Both the position numbers and the translations under genes were made by a program. The notes beneath the pieces were generated by a model. It saw nothing but the letters and a program-made list of their open reading frames with translations. It was not told the DNA's origin and did not search any database. From Candidatus Latescibacterota bacterium (GTDB lineage: Bacteria; Latescibacterota; UBA2968; UBA8231), in NCBI GenBank assembly GCA_965221775.1, contig CBDCSU010000006.1, positions 1,920,001-1,984,000 of the forward strand: a stretch of 64,000 bases of DNA, written 5' to 3'. Shown piece after piece: positions 9,158 through 19,664 of the stretch; position 1 is the first letter of the stretch; each line of letters opens with the position of its first letter.

Positions 9158-9574
9158 CTAGGTTGGGCGCGAGAGGAATCGCTCCAGCCTTCGGGCTACT
9201 ATATCGGGCCTCCTCTCCACGTCGCACTCCCAAAGCCTCAGGACCCTCCATCCCTGACGCCGTAGTCGGCGGATGTTCCGCTGGTCCCGGCGCTTGTTGT
9301 TCGAGAGCTTCTGCTCCCAGTACTCTCGACGTGTGGATGGAATGCGACCCTCTCCGCAATGAGGACACAGGTGCCAGAAACAACCGTGCACGAAAATGAT
9401 GGCGTTGTACTTCCTGAGAACGACATCTGGCCGTCCTGGAAGCGCCATCACGTTCAGACGGTAGCGATAGCCCATCTTCGTGAGGAGGCGCCGGACAATG
9501 CGCTCAGGCTTAGTGTCCTTGCCCCGGATGCGGGACATGACTTCGCTTCGCTTCTTGCTGCTCCAGATGTCCAT
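9158..9574 (-). CDS. vsr: Very-short-patch repair endonuclease Vsr
   Basis: RSEVMSRIRGKDTKPE, LPGRPD, FVHGCFWH and VLRLWEC. Confidence 0.95.
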   Translation of the reverse strand: MDIWSSKKRSEVMSRIRGKDTKPERIVRRLLTKMGYRYRLNVMALPGRPDVVLRKYNAIIFVHGCFWHLCPHCGEGRIPSTRREYWEQKLSNNKRRDQRNIRRLRRQGWRVLRLWECDVERRPDIVARRLERFLSRPT

Positions 9575-9575
9575 G

Positions 9576-10697
9576 CTATGGATGTGTGGACTGCTTGAGT
9601 ACTGGTTGTAGGAACTCCATGACGCTCTTGGCGACTTGGAAGGCCAGTGGTACCGGAACGCCATTAGAGACCATTGCGAACTTAGCCCCAAGGGGATAAT
9701 GGGGCTGGAGGGCATATTCATCCGGGATGCCCTGGATGCGCATAGCCTCCCTGACGCTTAGTCGACGTTCCTTCCAAGGGTGCAAGTGCACTTCGTTGTG
9801 ACCATAGCAGGCCGTAGGGCTGAAGCGGTAGCGGTGAAGGCGCTTGAAGGACTTGCGTTTGGTGTCACCCTCACTTACGGTCTTGAATCGTTCGGAGTAG
9901 GTATTGAAGACATCGTCTCTATTCTGAGTTGGCATTAGACGGAAGGCACTGGCGACGGTAAGTTCATAGGGAATGTCGTTGGGACGCAAGGGCCTCTCGC
10001 CGAACGGTGATACCTGGGGCCAGTTGAATCCTGTCTTGGCACCCTTGAAGTCTGGGAGTTCCGGCCAAGGGAACCAGTCCCTATCCGTCCTATCGATCAT
10101 GCGGCTAGCGCACTGTTTCGCTATGTGCTCATGAACGCCAACCAGAATTAGCCGTTCCCGGTCTTGGGGAACGCCCATTTCGAGGGCATTAATCATGCGC
10201 AGATCTAGGCAATAGCCAGCGGCCTGGAGCTGCTGTTCGAGCTTCTTCAAGTAAGCACGATGCACTCCTATGCGATACAGTCCCGCCACGTTCTCGAACA
10301 CGAAGAAGCGAGGCATGAGTGAAGTGATGCGGTAAACGTAAGTCCTTGTCAGCTTGCCCTTGGTGCCCTTGCTGCCCTGGTGGCGTCCACCGTTACTGAA
10401 GTCAGGACAGGGTGGTCCGCCGATCACGCCGAATAGAGAGGGCTTGCCTTGCGGGAAGGCTTGTCTCTCTATAGACGGGGCGTAGAGCGATCTGATGTCC
10501 CGAGTATTCGAAATAGCCGCTGGGTATGGCTTCTTGCCATTGGCTTTGCGCCATAGGGTCATGCCGTAGGCGTACATGCTCGCGACCGAAGGATCACTTT
10601 CGTTTGTCCAGACGGTCTCGAAACCTGCCTTCTCGAAGCCGATGTCGAGGAATCCGCCGCCGGTGAAGAAGGACAGGAGTGGGATGGCGTTACTCAT
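9576..10697 (-). CDS. dcm: DNA (cytosine-5) methyltransferase
   Basis: Motif I FFTGGG, motif IV GGPPCPDFS, motif VI ENV, motif VIII QDRER, motifs IX/X SVREAMRIQG...NGVP. Confidence 0.95.
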   Translation of the reverse strand: MSNAIPLLSFFTGGGFLDIGFEKAGFETVWTNESDPSVASMYAYGMTLWRKANGKKPYPAAISNTRDIRSLYAPSIERQAFPQGKPSLFGVIGGPPCPDFSNGGRHQGSKGTKGKLTRTYVYRITSLMPRFFVFENVAGLYRIGVHRAYLKKLEQQLQAAGYCLDLRMINALEMGVPQDRERLILVGVHEHIAKQCASRMIDRTDRDWFPWPELPDFKGAKTGFNWPQVSPFGERPLRPNDIPYELTVASAFRLMPTQNRDDVFNTYSERFKTVSEGDTKRKSFKRLHRYRFSPTACYGHNEVHLHPWKERRLSVREAMRIQGIPDEYALQPHYPLGAKFAMVSNGVPVPLAFQVAKSVMEFLQPVLKQSTHP

Positions 10698-10718
10698 GAG
10701 GTCTCGATAGCGGGATTG

Positions 10719-11801
10719 TCATTCCTCCAAAGCGAATCCTGTGGTCAGGTCAGTTTGTCTATACGAAGTCTCCACTACGTCACGCCGGAGGTCGCAGAGC
10801 ATTGCCGCCGATACGTCCTGCATCAGGAACGGAAAGCGCGTCGGGGAAAGCCCTCTGACCGTGACTTGGCGGGCGCCAATGTTGAGTGCGAGGAGTAGTG
10901 TGCCGTTGCCGAGCAGGGTGACGCTATTCACCGTCCCAACGGCATCGGCTGGCCAGCCGGGACTCTGTTCGCGTTTGCTCCAATATCCCTTGCACACTGG
11001 CCTGTACCCACAGAAGCGGCAAGCGTCGGGGCTAGGGGTGGCGAGGCGTTGGGGCGGTGCGCCTGATGCTATGAGGTTGTTAATCGCCGTGAGTTTGGTG
11101 CGGGCCTGCTCCATGATATTGCGTGCCCGGGCGGTGTCGAGCGGCACCTGGTGATTGCCGCCGGCAAGGTTGGTCAGCGTCAGCCGAATCGGCCACTCGC
11201 CGCAGGTTTCATGGTAGATGGCGGCGTAGAGGAGAAGTTGAGCCTCATATGCTGGCTTGACGATCCCCGCCTCACGCTCTGTTATGGCCCCGGTCTTGTA
11301 ATCAAGGAGTTCCACCCCCAGCTTGCCGGGAACGATGCGGTCGACGAAACCGCCCAAGAGTCCATCGTCGCTCTCCAGCCAGACCTCCACCCCTGCGGAC
11401 CGGCCAGCAGACACTCTCGTAGCGCCGCGAGGAGTGGACTTCCTTTGGGTGATCCTCCGGGCTGATGCAAGGGTGAGACGCTTCCTGACCTCATATCCTT
11501 GCGCGCTCTCGCTGAGGGGGATGAAGCGCCCCTCTCCAGCTTGGCGCATCTGGTCTTCCACCTCGGCTACGGAACTCTCCCAGGCTTTGCTCAGGCGTTG
11601 GCTCTGGAGCGATCCACGGCCCGCAAGTTCGAGGACTCGGTGAGAAACAAGGCCGAGTCGGGCGGCCGGAGAGACAGGGAGGATCGGGGGGGTGGTGGTG
11701 GCATGCCAGACTTCCCGGAGCACGCACTGACTGAGTTGATGATACCTGCTAGGAGAAATCCGTCGTAGTGGGTGTAAGTTGGGAGGATCCGGTAGCAGCA
11801 T
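10719..11801 (-). CDS. PD-(D/E)XK nuclease, RecB/Cas4-like, probable 4Fe-4S
   Basis: ISPS...C at the N-terminus, E...GFVDRI...DYKTG, QLLLYA, and CRFC.YRPVC. Confidence 0.88.
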   Translation of the reverse strand: MLLPDPPNLHPLRRISPSRYHQLSQCVLREVWHATTTPPILPVSPAARLGLVSHRVLELAGRGSLQSQRLSKAWESSVAEVEDQMRQAGEGRFIPLSESAQGYEVRKRLTLASARRITQRKSTPRGATRVSAGRSAGVEVWLESDDGLLGGFVDRIVPGKLGVELLDYKTGAITEREAGIVKPAYEAQLLLYAAIYHETCGEWPIRLTLTNLAGGNHQVPLDTARARNIMEQARTKLTAINNLIASGAPPQRLATPSPDACRFCGYRPVCKGYWSKREQSPGWPADAVGTVNSVTLLGNGTLLLALNIGARQVTVRGLSPTRFPFLMQDVSAAMLCDLRRDVVETSYRQTDLTTGFALEE

Positions 11802-11813
11802 GGGGTCAGAGAC

Positions 11814-14800
11814 TCACTCAACAGCCTTGGCGAGTAGGGATCGACAATACGCCGGTCTCCTGAGAAGGTTGAACGTGTCGATGTACCGGAAGACGTCGCC
11901 TCCTGCAGCCACAATGGCGTCGGCGAGTAGACCAGCGGGTCTCCGGGTGTCCCAGAGAGGGTGCACAACCAAAATGCGCCTCTGCCCGACCGTGAATCCA
12001 GGAACGTCAGCCCAGGTCTCCGGTTTGTAGTCGTTGAAGTGTGCGACAAGGCTGTCCCTGAGAATACCGGCACTGTCTGGCCATCCATGGAGTTCCGGGG
12101 CCTCGAAATCCCCGTCAAGGCCGACGCGGTAGTTTGGACACTGAAGGGTCTTGAGGTACGAGAGAGCTAGGCGCCAGTCGAGGAGACCGTGGTAGGTCAT
12201 GTTGCGATAGACCTTGAGGCAGTCGTAGCAGGCAGAATCGCAGGCGGCCCGATGTGCTGGCAAGAGGATCTTCTCTGCGTAGGAACCCCGGGCCGGACTG
12301 TGGATTGCGTGGAGGACTTCTGCAAGGCTCTCGTAGGCCTCCCGAACAAAGCCGGCGCCGTTGGGCAGGCGGTCACTGAGGATGATGTCGGCGACGGTCG
12401 TAGACTCATCTAGATTGTGTGAGGTGACACTGCCTACCTCGATCTCCTCAGGGTCGATGTCAAACCTGTCGGCCAACACGCGCTGGAGGAGGAAAGCAGC
12501 GGAGTATATTGCGGCCCTCAGTCCACTGTGGGCGGCAGCAGGGTCAAGGGTGATTCCTTTGGAAACGGCGGCCGGAGCGATGCGCAACACCTCGGTTGTC
12601 TTGGCGGCCGCGAGGGCGATCTTGTCCCGGCCGTCGCTGCCATACCGGGCGTCGATCCATTGATGTCCAAGCGGTGGAATGCCTCTACTCCTGCCACTGT
12701 CGGATGGCGGCGGGGGTGTCGTGACCACAGCGCCCCGGAAGAACTGTCCTGCATTGTCGTTTATTCTCCAGACTGTGCCCTGGGCGGAGAGGGCCCTGTT
12801 ACAGTTAGTGTCGGCGAGTTTGGTCCGGCCTGGTTCCTCAGTGGCCTCTACCATCGTGGCAGGGATGCTGAACATGAGGCTGTCGTCCTCTTTCGCATCA
12901 CTTCCCATGGTGAGGTTAGTCCGAAAGGCTTGCGGGACGACGATCTCGAATTGCCGATAGGACCCGTCTTCGTCGGCTGGGTGGCCACAGTGCGGGCAGT
13001 GCTCTCGCGGCTCCTGGTGAACCGTGGTCTTCATGTGTCCGCAGGCTCTGCACCATTGCACCCAGCGTCTGAAAGGAAGCGGCTCCTCGGAAAAGGGCAC
13101 CCACTTGGGGCCCTGCTGGTAAAGAGGTGGCGTGAATCCTATGGCGGTGTGAACTGCCTTATCCTTTGTCTTCTGAGCCCCGGGGGCGAACTCGGTGATG
13201 GCGAGCTCAAGGTCTCGATCGATGGTGCGCTCCCCGTCCTTGGTCAGGCGGTGGTAGAGAAGCCGGGTCCTGGAAGGCATGCCGAACATTGGGAGTATTG
13301 CGGCCTCCGCGAGGCGCTCAGCCAAACCCTCACCGACGAGCTCCGGATTGCTGTGAGTATCCTGTATCTGTTTGGGCAGAGTGTGCTCAAGCCACTGCAA
13401 GTCCTCCTCACTTGAATCGTGGAGGAGAGCTCGGATGACCGCGTCCTGTGCTTCCTTCTCACTCACAAGCCAAGTCTCTACGGAGTTGCGGTTCTCGGGC
13501 CAGCCGACCTTGGCGTCAGGATCGATGGCAAGCCCAAATTCTCCGTGAGTGTCGGGTGGCCGGGGGCTGTGCCACCATCTCACTCCGGCCGCCTTGAATG
13601 CACGGCGGAGGCACTCCTTGGCAAGAAGGCGTCTGGCTATCTGGGGTTGGGTCATCGTGAGGAAGGGAACCGGAGGGGGATCACCAATGATGCGTTCGGG
13701 TACTGAAAAGTAGTGCTCGTCGTGGCTGCGACCCCTACAGAGGGTGAGCACAAGTGCAAAGGCTTGGCCGCGTCGTCCCGCGCGACCTACCCTCTGCTGG
13801 TAATTGAACCTCATGGGCGGCATATTAGCGAGCAGGACGGACTGTAGGTGTCCAATATCGACCCCGACTTCCATCGTTGTTGTCACGCTAAGTGCATCAA
13901 TCTCGTCGACCTGTGGAAGGCGTGGCTTCCCGGGTAGGTCTACGATGATTCCGCGAAAGTGCTGCTGCCTCTCTATTTGGTTGTCGGTTTGCGCTGTCAG
14001 TTCCTCACAGTGAAGTCTGATTGGCGGCCGATGTTCTGCTGCGGCCTTGGCTAGGTGGTTCTCAGCCCATAGCTCACGACAGGTCCTCTGCGCAGTTTGG
14101 GGGAGCTTGGCATGGCATGCGGTGCAAATCCCACACGAGTGGTGGAGGTGGTATCGGGCACAGCGGGGACACTCCCAGACGGGGTCGTCTCCTTCCGTCA
14201 CCCGTACACTAAGCTCACGGGCTACGAGCACCCCATTGTGATGGCCACCCTGGCGCAAGGCGGCGAAGATAGCGTCTCCAAGGGTTGCTTCGTGCAATCC
14301 CCTATCCTTGGCGACCTGCCGGACGTAGCGCTTTATGCGCGCCTGACAGTCGACGTAGTCTGGGTAGGAGTCTTGGGGATATTCTGAGCCTTCATGCCGA
14401 AATCTGTCCCCGAGAATCCGGACGAAGGCATCGCAGGCCTCAACAAACTCCTGGGGTCTCAGTCCAGACGCTGCGCTGAGTTCCGAGAGTGCTACGGGAT
14501 CGGTGCGCAGCTTCATCCATCCGAGTCCTGACGCTTCAAGCCCGAAGTAGAGGCGACCAAAGAAGAGGTCGCAGAGCGTGACAGTAAGGGCGTGCAGGAT
14601 CCTCTCTCTAGCGTGATGCGCTCCTTGGGGCAAGCCCTGCCGCCAGGTGCGGACTTCAAAGTCAAAGAGGGTTGTCCAGTGGTGGTACTTTTCCCCCCAA
14701 AGGAAGTCCTGAAGGAGAAGGTCATTGCCTGCGGGGTTTACTCCATGTTCGACAAGTCTCCGGATAAGGATACCGCAATCCTGTAGATCGTCTGGTGGCG

Positions 14801-17501
14801 GCAAGACCACAGAAATGGGCACGATGCGGTCACGTCCGCTGGTTTTGGCGCGTGCAATCTGTGTGGTTGCCCTGTCAATCTCGTGGAGTATCGGCGGGGG
14901 CATACCTTCTCTGGGGAGTCCGGCCGTCCGGATGAGATTGCGGTACCGCTCAAGGTCGCCCGGGTGTCTGTCGATGTACTCCTTTGCGGCGGGTGGGAGG
15001 GGGAGGTCTTGCTCGAGGTGGTCGATTAGGGCAGGGACTCCGATGATGGCAGAGTGCAATTCATCGCATACGATCTCGCGGACGAGTTCGTGGTAGTGAT
15101 TGCGTTCCACGCCGTTGGAGATCTGCGCAGCATCCTCGCGGCTGTCGGAGAAGACGACCAACTTTCGCCTTGCTTCATCGCTTGCTTCTAGCTGATAGAA
15201 TAGTTCCTTGGTAAAGATCTGGCTGACTTTTGAGAAGCCCGTTCTAAAACCACGGACTGGAGACTTCCTGTTATCGCGCCGGCTATAGTCGGTGCTGCAC
15301 GCAGGGCATACGCAAGGGAGTGCCCTGTACTCTTCGTCAGTTCCGTCGGCATCTATCTGGAAGAGGTAGCCTTGTGCCCACTGCTGCGGGTGTCTCTGTG
15401 CATCCTCGTGTGTGGGCCTGACAGCGCCTGTGTAGGCGTTCATGCTGGCCTCCAGCCACCGGGCCGAGGGGGCTTTGCTCTGTTGGGCGTCTCCAAAGCG
15501 GGCCTGGCGCCAGCGTGGAGGCTTGTCATAGTCCTGAGTCCCTTGGGGCCAGAAAACGCCGAACTCCCGGTACGACCTTCGTTCAACAAACCTCGCGGGT
15601 TGTCTCTCCGGAATCCCTTCGATGTCCGGACTGGTGGCGAGAAACTCTAGTGCCCCTGGTGTGTGCAGCTTCTCCCCCCCGAAGAATACGGTCCCGCAGT
15701 GTTCACAGTACAGCAGTTGAAGAATGCGATATCCCTCCTTGGAGAGGATTCTGGTATGGGAATGGAGTTCCCCGACGGGCCTGCCGTCTCGAACTGAGGC
15801 CGAGGGCCTTATTGACGCCCAGAGGCCCTCAATGTTGCGGAAGAAATAGTGGATCCTAAAGGAGGGTATAGTCCGCTTCCGGTGATACCGCTCCATGAGA
15901 GAGCTGGCGATTAGCACGCCCCGGAGTGCGCGGCGAGCTGATAACAGGGGGTGGCCGGGAAAGAGGCGGGTAGCCAAGTCAGGGAGTGAGAGAGCCGTGA
16001 GTGCCCCATCTTTCATGGAGGCATGGAGGAGGTTCAAACTGGGATTGAGAGAGTCGACCGCACTGAAGAAGCCCTCAACTGAGGCCTCAGAGGACAACAT
16101 TCTTGCAGCCTCACTAATGGTAGCGTCAGTCACCTCGGGTGCGTTGGCGAGATGCTCGAAAGGAGCCAGTGGGAGAGTTGCCACCGGCATGGGGGAAGGC
16201 TTCAACTCGCCCTCGATAATGTCCACGGCCTTAGATCCAAAGAAGCCCTCCAAGAACTTCTGGCTCTCGGGATGGTGAGCCTGGAGGGATGCGCTGGAGG
16301 CTAGAATGCGTAGCTGGGGATGGTCGGGATAGAGGCCAAGCCGGAGAAGGAGAAGGCGAAGGAGGTAAGCCACTTCTGCCCCGGCTGTTCCCCTGTACAA
16401 GTGGAGTTCGTCCACAATGAGGTGGAATGTGCGCATACTCCTGGCCTGCTCTCGCTTGCCTTCAGGCAGGTCTTCAGCAGCGAGCCATGCTCGTGTCTTC
16501 TCGAAGATGGGCTCATCCGCCTCGCGCATCATCATGATGCTCAGCATAGAGAAGTTGGTGATGAGGATGTCTGGGGGGTGGTCTTGCATGTCCCATCTAC
16601 TTCTCATTTCGGCACCATGGAGACTTGGGAAGAAGTGGAGGACTTCCGACTCCTTGGGCTTCCTACAGACGTGCTGCCGAGCCGCTTCTGCGGCCACTTC
16701 CGCCTCTTGAAGCCGCTGGCAAAGCGCACGGAGCTTGTCGGTGTTGGGACTCCCTGTCTCGCGGTGTTCGTGGCCAGGTACCGGCGTGGAACTGTTATAC
16801 CTGCCCAAGTAGATGCGGTTCCCTGGGGATTGCACTCGAAACCAAGCGCGGGCTTGGTCTGAGTCGAGAGCTTTCCTCAGACGGGTAAGTTGGTCCTCGA
16901 CCAGCGCATTCATGGGATAGAGGATGAGAGCCCGGACAGCAGGGGTGCGCCTCTCATGCCCTCTCTGTGGAACACGGAAGGATCTGCGGAGCCTATTGCC
17001 GGTCTTACAGCGGTCCTGCCAGTCCAGACTCTTCCACCAATCACTGGTGTGGTCGTGCGGTTTGCTGGCCGAGGGCCATGTCGGAAGTTCCTTGACAAAG
17101 TGGGCAAAGAGAGGTAGCAGAAAGGCCTCGGTCTTTCCTGAGCCAGTGCCTGCGGTGACCACGCAGTGTCTTCCGGAGAGGGAGCGGGATAGCATGGTCG
17201 TCTGGTGGCGATGAAGCTCGTAATCACCCATAAGGCCACACTCTACGAGCGACTTGAAGAGGTGCCGCTGGTGATTGTCGAGGCCAGGGAGATCCTGGGC
17301 CTCAAGAGTTTGGATGGTCTTGCCATCAGTTTGGTACGAGGGAAGGGGCTCAAGCCAAGGTTCGTGGGTCAGCACACCAGGTGACCGAAGGAGTTGGTCG
17401 CGTTCCGCCTCGAGGCTTGGGAAGCGTGTTCCGAATGCGGTCTTTATGTACAAAATGAAGTTATCGCGGATCTTCTCGAAGGCAGCGATGGGGTCAATCA
17501 T
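11814..17501 (-). CDS. druE: Large SF2 DEAD/DEAH helicase with C-terminal DUF1998 (Druantia DruE-like)
   Basis: Q-motif LHRHQ, Walker A TAGTGSGKT, YPMNALVEDQ, DELH, SAS, TMEVGVDIG, QRVGRAGRR, several CxxC pairs, and a CDSACYDCL Zn motif. 1895 aa. The helicase-DUF1998 call is firm; the DruE label is by architecture. Confidence 0.8.
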   Translation of the reverse strand: MIDPIAAFEKIRDNFILYIKTAFGTRFPSLEAERDQLLRSPGVLTHEPWLEPLPSYQTDGKTIQTLEAQDLPGLDNHQRHLFKSLVECGLMGDYELHRHQTTMLSRSLSGRHCVVTAGTGSGKTEAFLLPLFAHFVKELPTWPSASKPHDHTSDWWKSLDWQDRCKTGNRLRRSFRVPQRGHERRTPAVRALILYPMNALVEDQLTRLRKALDSDQARAWFRVQSPGNRIYLGRYNSSTPVPGHEHRETGSPNTDKLRALCQRLQEAEVAAEAARQHVCRKPKESEVLHFFPSLHGAEMRSRWDMQDHPPDILITNFSMLSIMMMREADEPIFEKTRAWLAAEDLPEGKREQARSMRTFHLIVDELHLYRGTAGAEVAYLLRLLLLRLGLYPDHPQLRILASSASLQAHHPESQKFLEGFFGSKAVDIIEGELKPSPMPVATLPLAPFEHLANAPEVTDATISEAARMLSSEASVEGFFSAVDSLNPSLNLLHASMKDGALTALSLPDLATRLFPGHPLLSARRALRGVLIASSLMERYHRKRTIPSFRIHYFFRNIEGLWASIRPSASVRDGRPVGELHSHTRILSKEGYRILQLLYCEHCGTVFFGGEKLHTPGALEFLATSPDIEGIPERQPARFVERRSYREFGVFWPQGTQDYDKPPRWRQARFGDAQQSKAPSARWLEASMNAYTGAVRPTHEDAQRHPQQWAQGYLFQIDADGTDEEYRALPCVCPACSTDYSRRDNRKSPVRGFRTGFSKVSQIFTKELFYQLEASDEARRKLVVFSDSREDAAQISNGVERNHYHELVREIVCDELHSAIIGVPALIDHLEQDLPLPPAAKEYIDRHPGDLERYRNLIRTAGLPREGMPPPILHEIDRATTQIARAKTSGRDRIVPISVVLPPPDDLQDCGILIRRLVEHGVNPAGNDLLLQDFLWGEKYHHWTTLFDFEVRTWRQGLPQGAHHARERILHALTVTLCDLFFGRLYFGLEASGLGWMKLRTDPVALSELSAASGLRPQEFVEACDAFVRILGDRFRHEGSEYPQDSYPDYVDCQARIKRYVRQVAKDRGLHEATLGDAIFAALRQGGHHNGVLVARELSVRVTEGDDPVWECPRCARYHLHHSCGICTACHAKLPQTAQRTCRELWAENHLAKAAAEHRPPIRLHCEELTAQTDNQIERQQHFRGIIVDLPGKPRLPQVDEIDALSVTTTMEVGVDIGHLQSVLLANMPPMRFNYQQRVGRAGRRGQAFALVLTLCRGRSHDEHYFSVPERIIGDPPPVPFLTMTQPQIARRLLAKECLRRAFKAAGVRWWHSPRPPDTHGEFGLAIDPDAKVGWPENRNSVETWLVSEKEAQDAVIRALLHDSSEEDLQWLEHTLPKQIQDTHSNPELVGEGLAERLAEAAILPMFGMPSRTRLLYHRLTKDGERTIDRDLELAITEFAPGAQKTKDKAVHTAIGFTPPLYQQGPKWVPFSEEPLPFRRWVQWCRACGHMKTTVHQEPREHCPHCGHPADEDGSYRQFEIVVPQAFRTNLTMGSDAKEDDSLMFSIPATMVEATEEPGRTKLADTNCNRALSAQGTVWRINDNAGQFFRGAVVTTPPPPSDSGRSRGIPPLGHQWIDARYGSDGRDKIALAAAKTTEVLRIAPAAVSKGITLDPAAAHSGLRAAIYSAAFLLQRVLADRFDIDPEEIEVGSVTSHNLDESTTVADIILSDRLPNGAGFVREAYESLAEVLHAIHSPARGSYAEKILLPAHRAACDSACYDCLKVYRNMTYHGLLDWRLALSYLKTLQCPNYRVGLDGDFEAPELHGWPDSAGILRDSLVAHFNDYKPETWADVPGFTVGQRRILVVHPLWDTRRPAGLLADAIVAAGGDVFRYIDTFNLLRRPAYCRSLLAKAVE

Positions 17502-18110
17502 GCGCTCTCCTCACTGTTCACGACCTCGTGCAGATGGACAGGTGCCACTCTTTGGTGGAGCTTGGCAGCGATCATCTCTGAAATCACGGAAGGAACATCC
17601 CGGTAGAGGGTGATCGGGTGCCCTGCGGGTATCGATGCGACCGAGGCTTGTGTTCTTGCAAGAGCGGGAGGCATGCCAGTTGAGAGGGCTGCTGCCCGGG
17701 CAAGAAGGACTGGGAGTGGGGTGGTAGCAGGCACGGCAAGGGTTCGCAATTGGGCGTCGTACAGGAGCACTGTCCGCTCTTGCTCTGCAAGGAGGAGATA
17801 TCGTCCCCAGTCGCGATTGACCTCCGTTGCGGCGGTGTCTTTCCAGAGCCAATGCCGACGTTGCTTGGTGATAGGATTGCGGTACTCTGTGAGCCGGAGG
17901 GAAGGATCAGTGTGTGCCGTTGCTCCGATGAACTTGAGTAGGCCCCCATGGAAGACCCGGAGCGGCCAATTGGGCTCCTGCCGCGGCTCGAAGGAAAGGG
18001 TGCTGGTCACTTGAGGGAGGGTTAGGGAGAGGTGGGCGAGCTTCCAGCCAGCGGGGTGGTCGAGCTCGCATTGAAGCGCGGCTGTCTGCCCGATGGTCGC
18101 TAGTGCTCTG

Positions 18111-19171
18111 TTAAAGAGTGGGCATTGAGTTTTGGACCTTCACCAGCTCCGCATCCGCCTTGTTCCGACATCGCCAGGCGAGGTACTCCTGCATGCGTTG
18201 GCCCACGTCCCGATGGTCCTCCGGGTCGCTGTTCTTGATGACGAAGTAGTGGGCGGCCGTCAGATGGCATTCGAGCCGATTCATCCAGGAGGCGTTGGTG
18301 GCGGTGAAGACGAGGTCGACCTGATGGCGCTGACACCACTGCCGGATCGGTTCGGTCGTGTGCGTCGACAGATTGTCGAGGACGAGGTAGATCCGTCGGG
18401 CCTTGGCGTAACGGCGCCGGATAGCCTTGAGGAAGGTGAGCACCTCCGAGGCGTGCTTCTTGCGCTTGTGATGCATCCACAACTCGTCCTCGTGGACGTT
18501 GTAGGCGCCGAAGAAGTAGCTGACCCCGGCGTGCCGATGGTAGGTGGCCCGATGGCGCACCGGGCGCTTCTGCGGCGCCCACGAGGAGCCGGCATGGGGC
18601 TTGATCTGCACCGGCCCCATCTCGTCGAAGCAGACTACGACCGAGTCCTTCGGCGCCCGCCGGTAGAGTCGGTCGATTCGTTTTTTTTAGCGGCGAAGTC
18701 CGGATCCTTCGACTCCTTCCAGGTACGAGTCCGCTGGTAGGTGACCTTATGCCGGTCCAGGACCTTGGCGATGGTCACGTGCGAGACCTTGGGGATCATC
18801 TGCCGCCCCACCAGATGGTCCGTCAGCTTGCGCAGCGACCACTGGTTGAAGGGTTGGCCGAAGGCCCGAGGGGGCATGGTGGCGATCTCCACCACCACGG
18901 ACTCGTCTTCCGGGGTCAACGCCGGGGGGCGCCCCGGATGGGCTCGCGTGCGAAGCGACGCCAACCCTTCCTCGTTGTATTGGCGCAGCAGTTGGCGCAC
19001 GTACTCCTCGTGCAGGTGCAGCGTCGTCGACAGCTCCTGCACGCGCATCCCCTGAGCGCTGAGGGAGATCAACTGTCCTCGCCGCATCTGCACCGCATTG
19101 CGAGGCCGCTTCAGCCACCGGCTCAGTTCCTTGGATTCCGCGGCGTTCGGGGCTCGAGCATGGAGACACAT
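18111..19171 (-). CDS. IS630 transposase (two ORFs joined by -1 frameshift at A8, 18681-18688)
   Basis: ORF1 is the HTH part, ending WKESKDPDFAAKK. The -1 frame continues RIDRLYRR..VVCFDEMGP..VLDNLSTH..WMNRLE (DDE triad). The stop lies within the IR. Confidence 0.92.
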
Positions 19172-19207
19172 GGCGGACCCTCCCAGGCAAAATGGCCATA
19201 GGTCCCT

Positions 19208-19236
19208 ATGATACAACGACTTACGGAAAAGTACAA
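19208..19236 (-). promoter_or_regulatory. Sigma70-like promoter inside IS630 left end
   Basis: TTGTAC-17 nt-TATCAT on the minus strand. Confidence 0.65.
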
Positions 19237-19664
19237 GTCTGAATCCTTAACGGAGCACTAGCGTGCCCTTGTCCACTGCCTCAACGGCAATGCGAGGAGG
19301 CAAGTCGATGCCTGCAATACTCTGAGGATCCTGGTTGAGGCGAGCTAGGGGGCCGACTTGGAGCACTGCCCTTTGAAGGCTCTTTGACGTTTCCGGCACT
19401 CGTGCACCCGTTAACAGGGCCCGCGGTGTGCCTACTCCAGGAAGTAGGACCAGAGTGGGAGGACACATGTGCACCAAGGCACGAGGATAGTCGAATTCGC
19501 AGAAGCCAAGGGCTTCGAAGCACCGCATTACTTGTTGACGCAAATCAATGGTACCCCAGCGGTGGGTGTGTAAGTGAAGTGAGGCTGAACTGCAGACCAT
19601 TCTCAGGATGTTGTTGAACCGCTCGAGGCGGACAGAGGGTGCAGTGCTTATTGCGGAGAGCAGC

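Larger units (their letters stand above)
18101..19260 (-). mobile_element. IS630-family insertion sequence (~1.16 kb)
   Basis: Terminal inverted repeats TAGTGCTCTGTTAAAGA / TAGTGCTCCGTTAAGGA (15/17). Inserted in CTAG with TA duplication. Higher GC than the surrounding island. Confidence 0.95.

Noticed and set aside
10719-11801. cas4 of a CRISPR-Cas locus
   Set aside because: No cas1/cas2 or array; the gene is embedded in the helicase-methylase operon.
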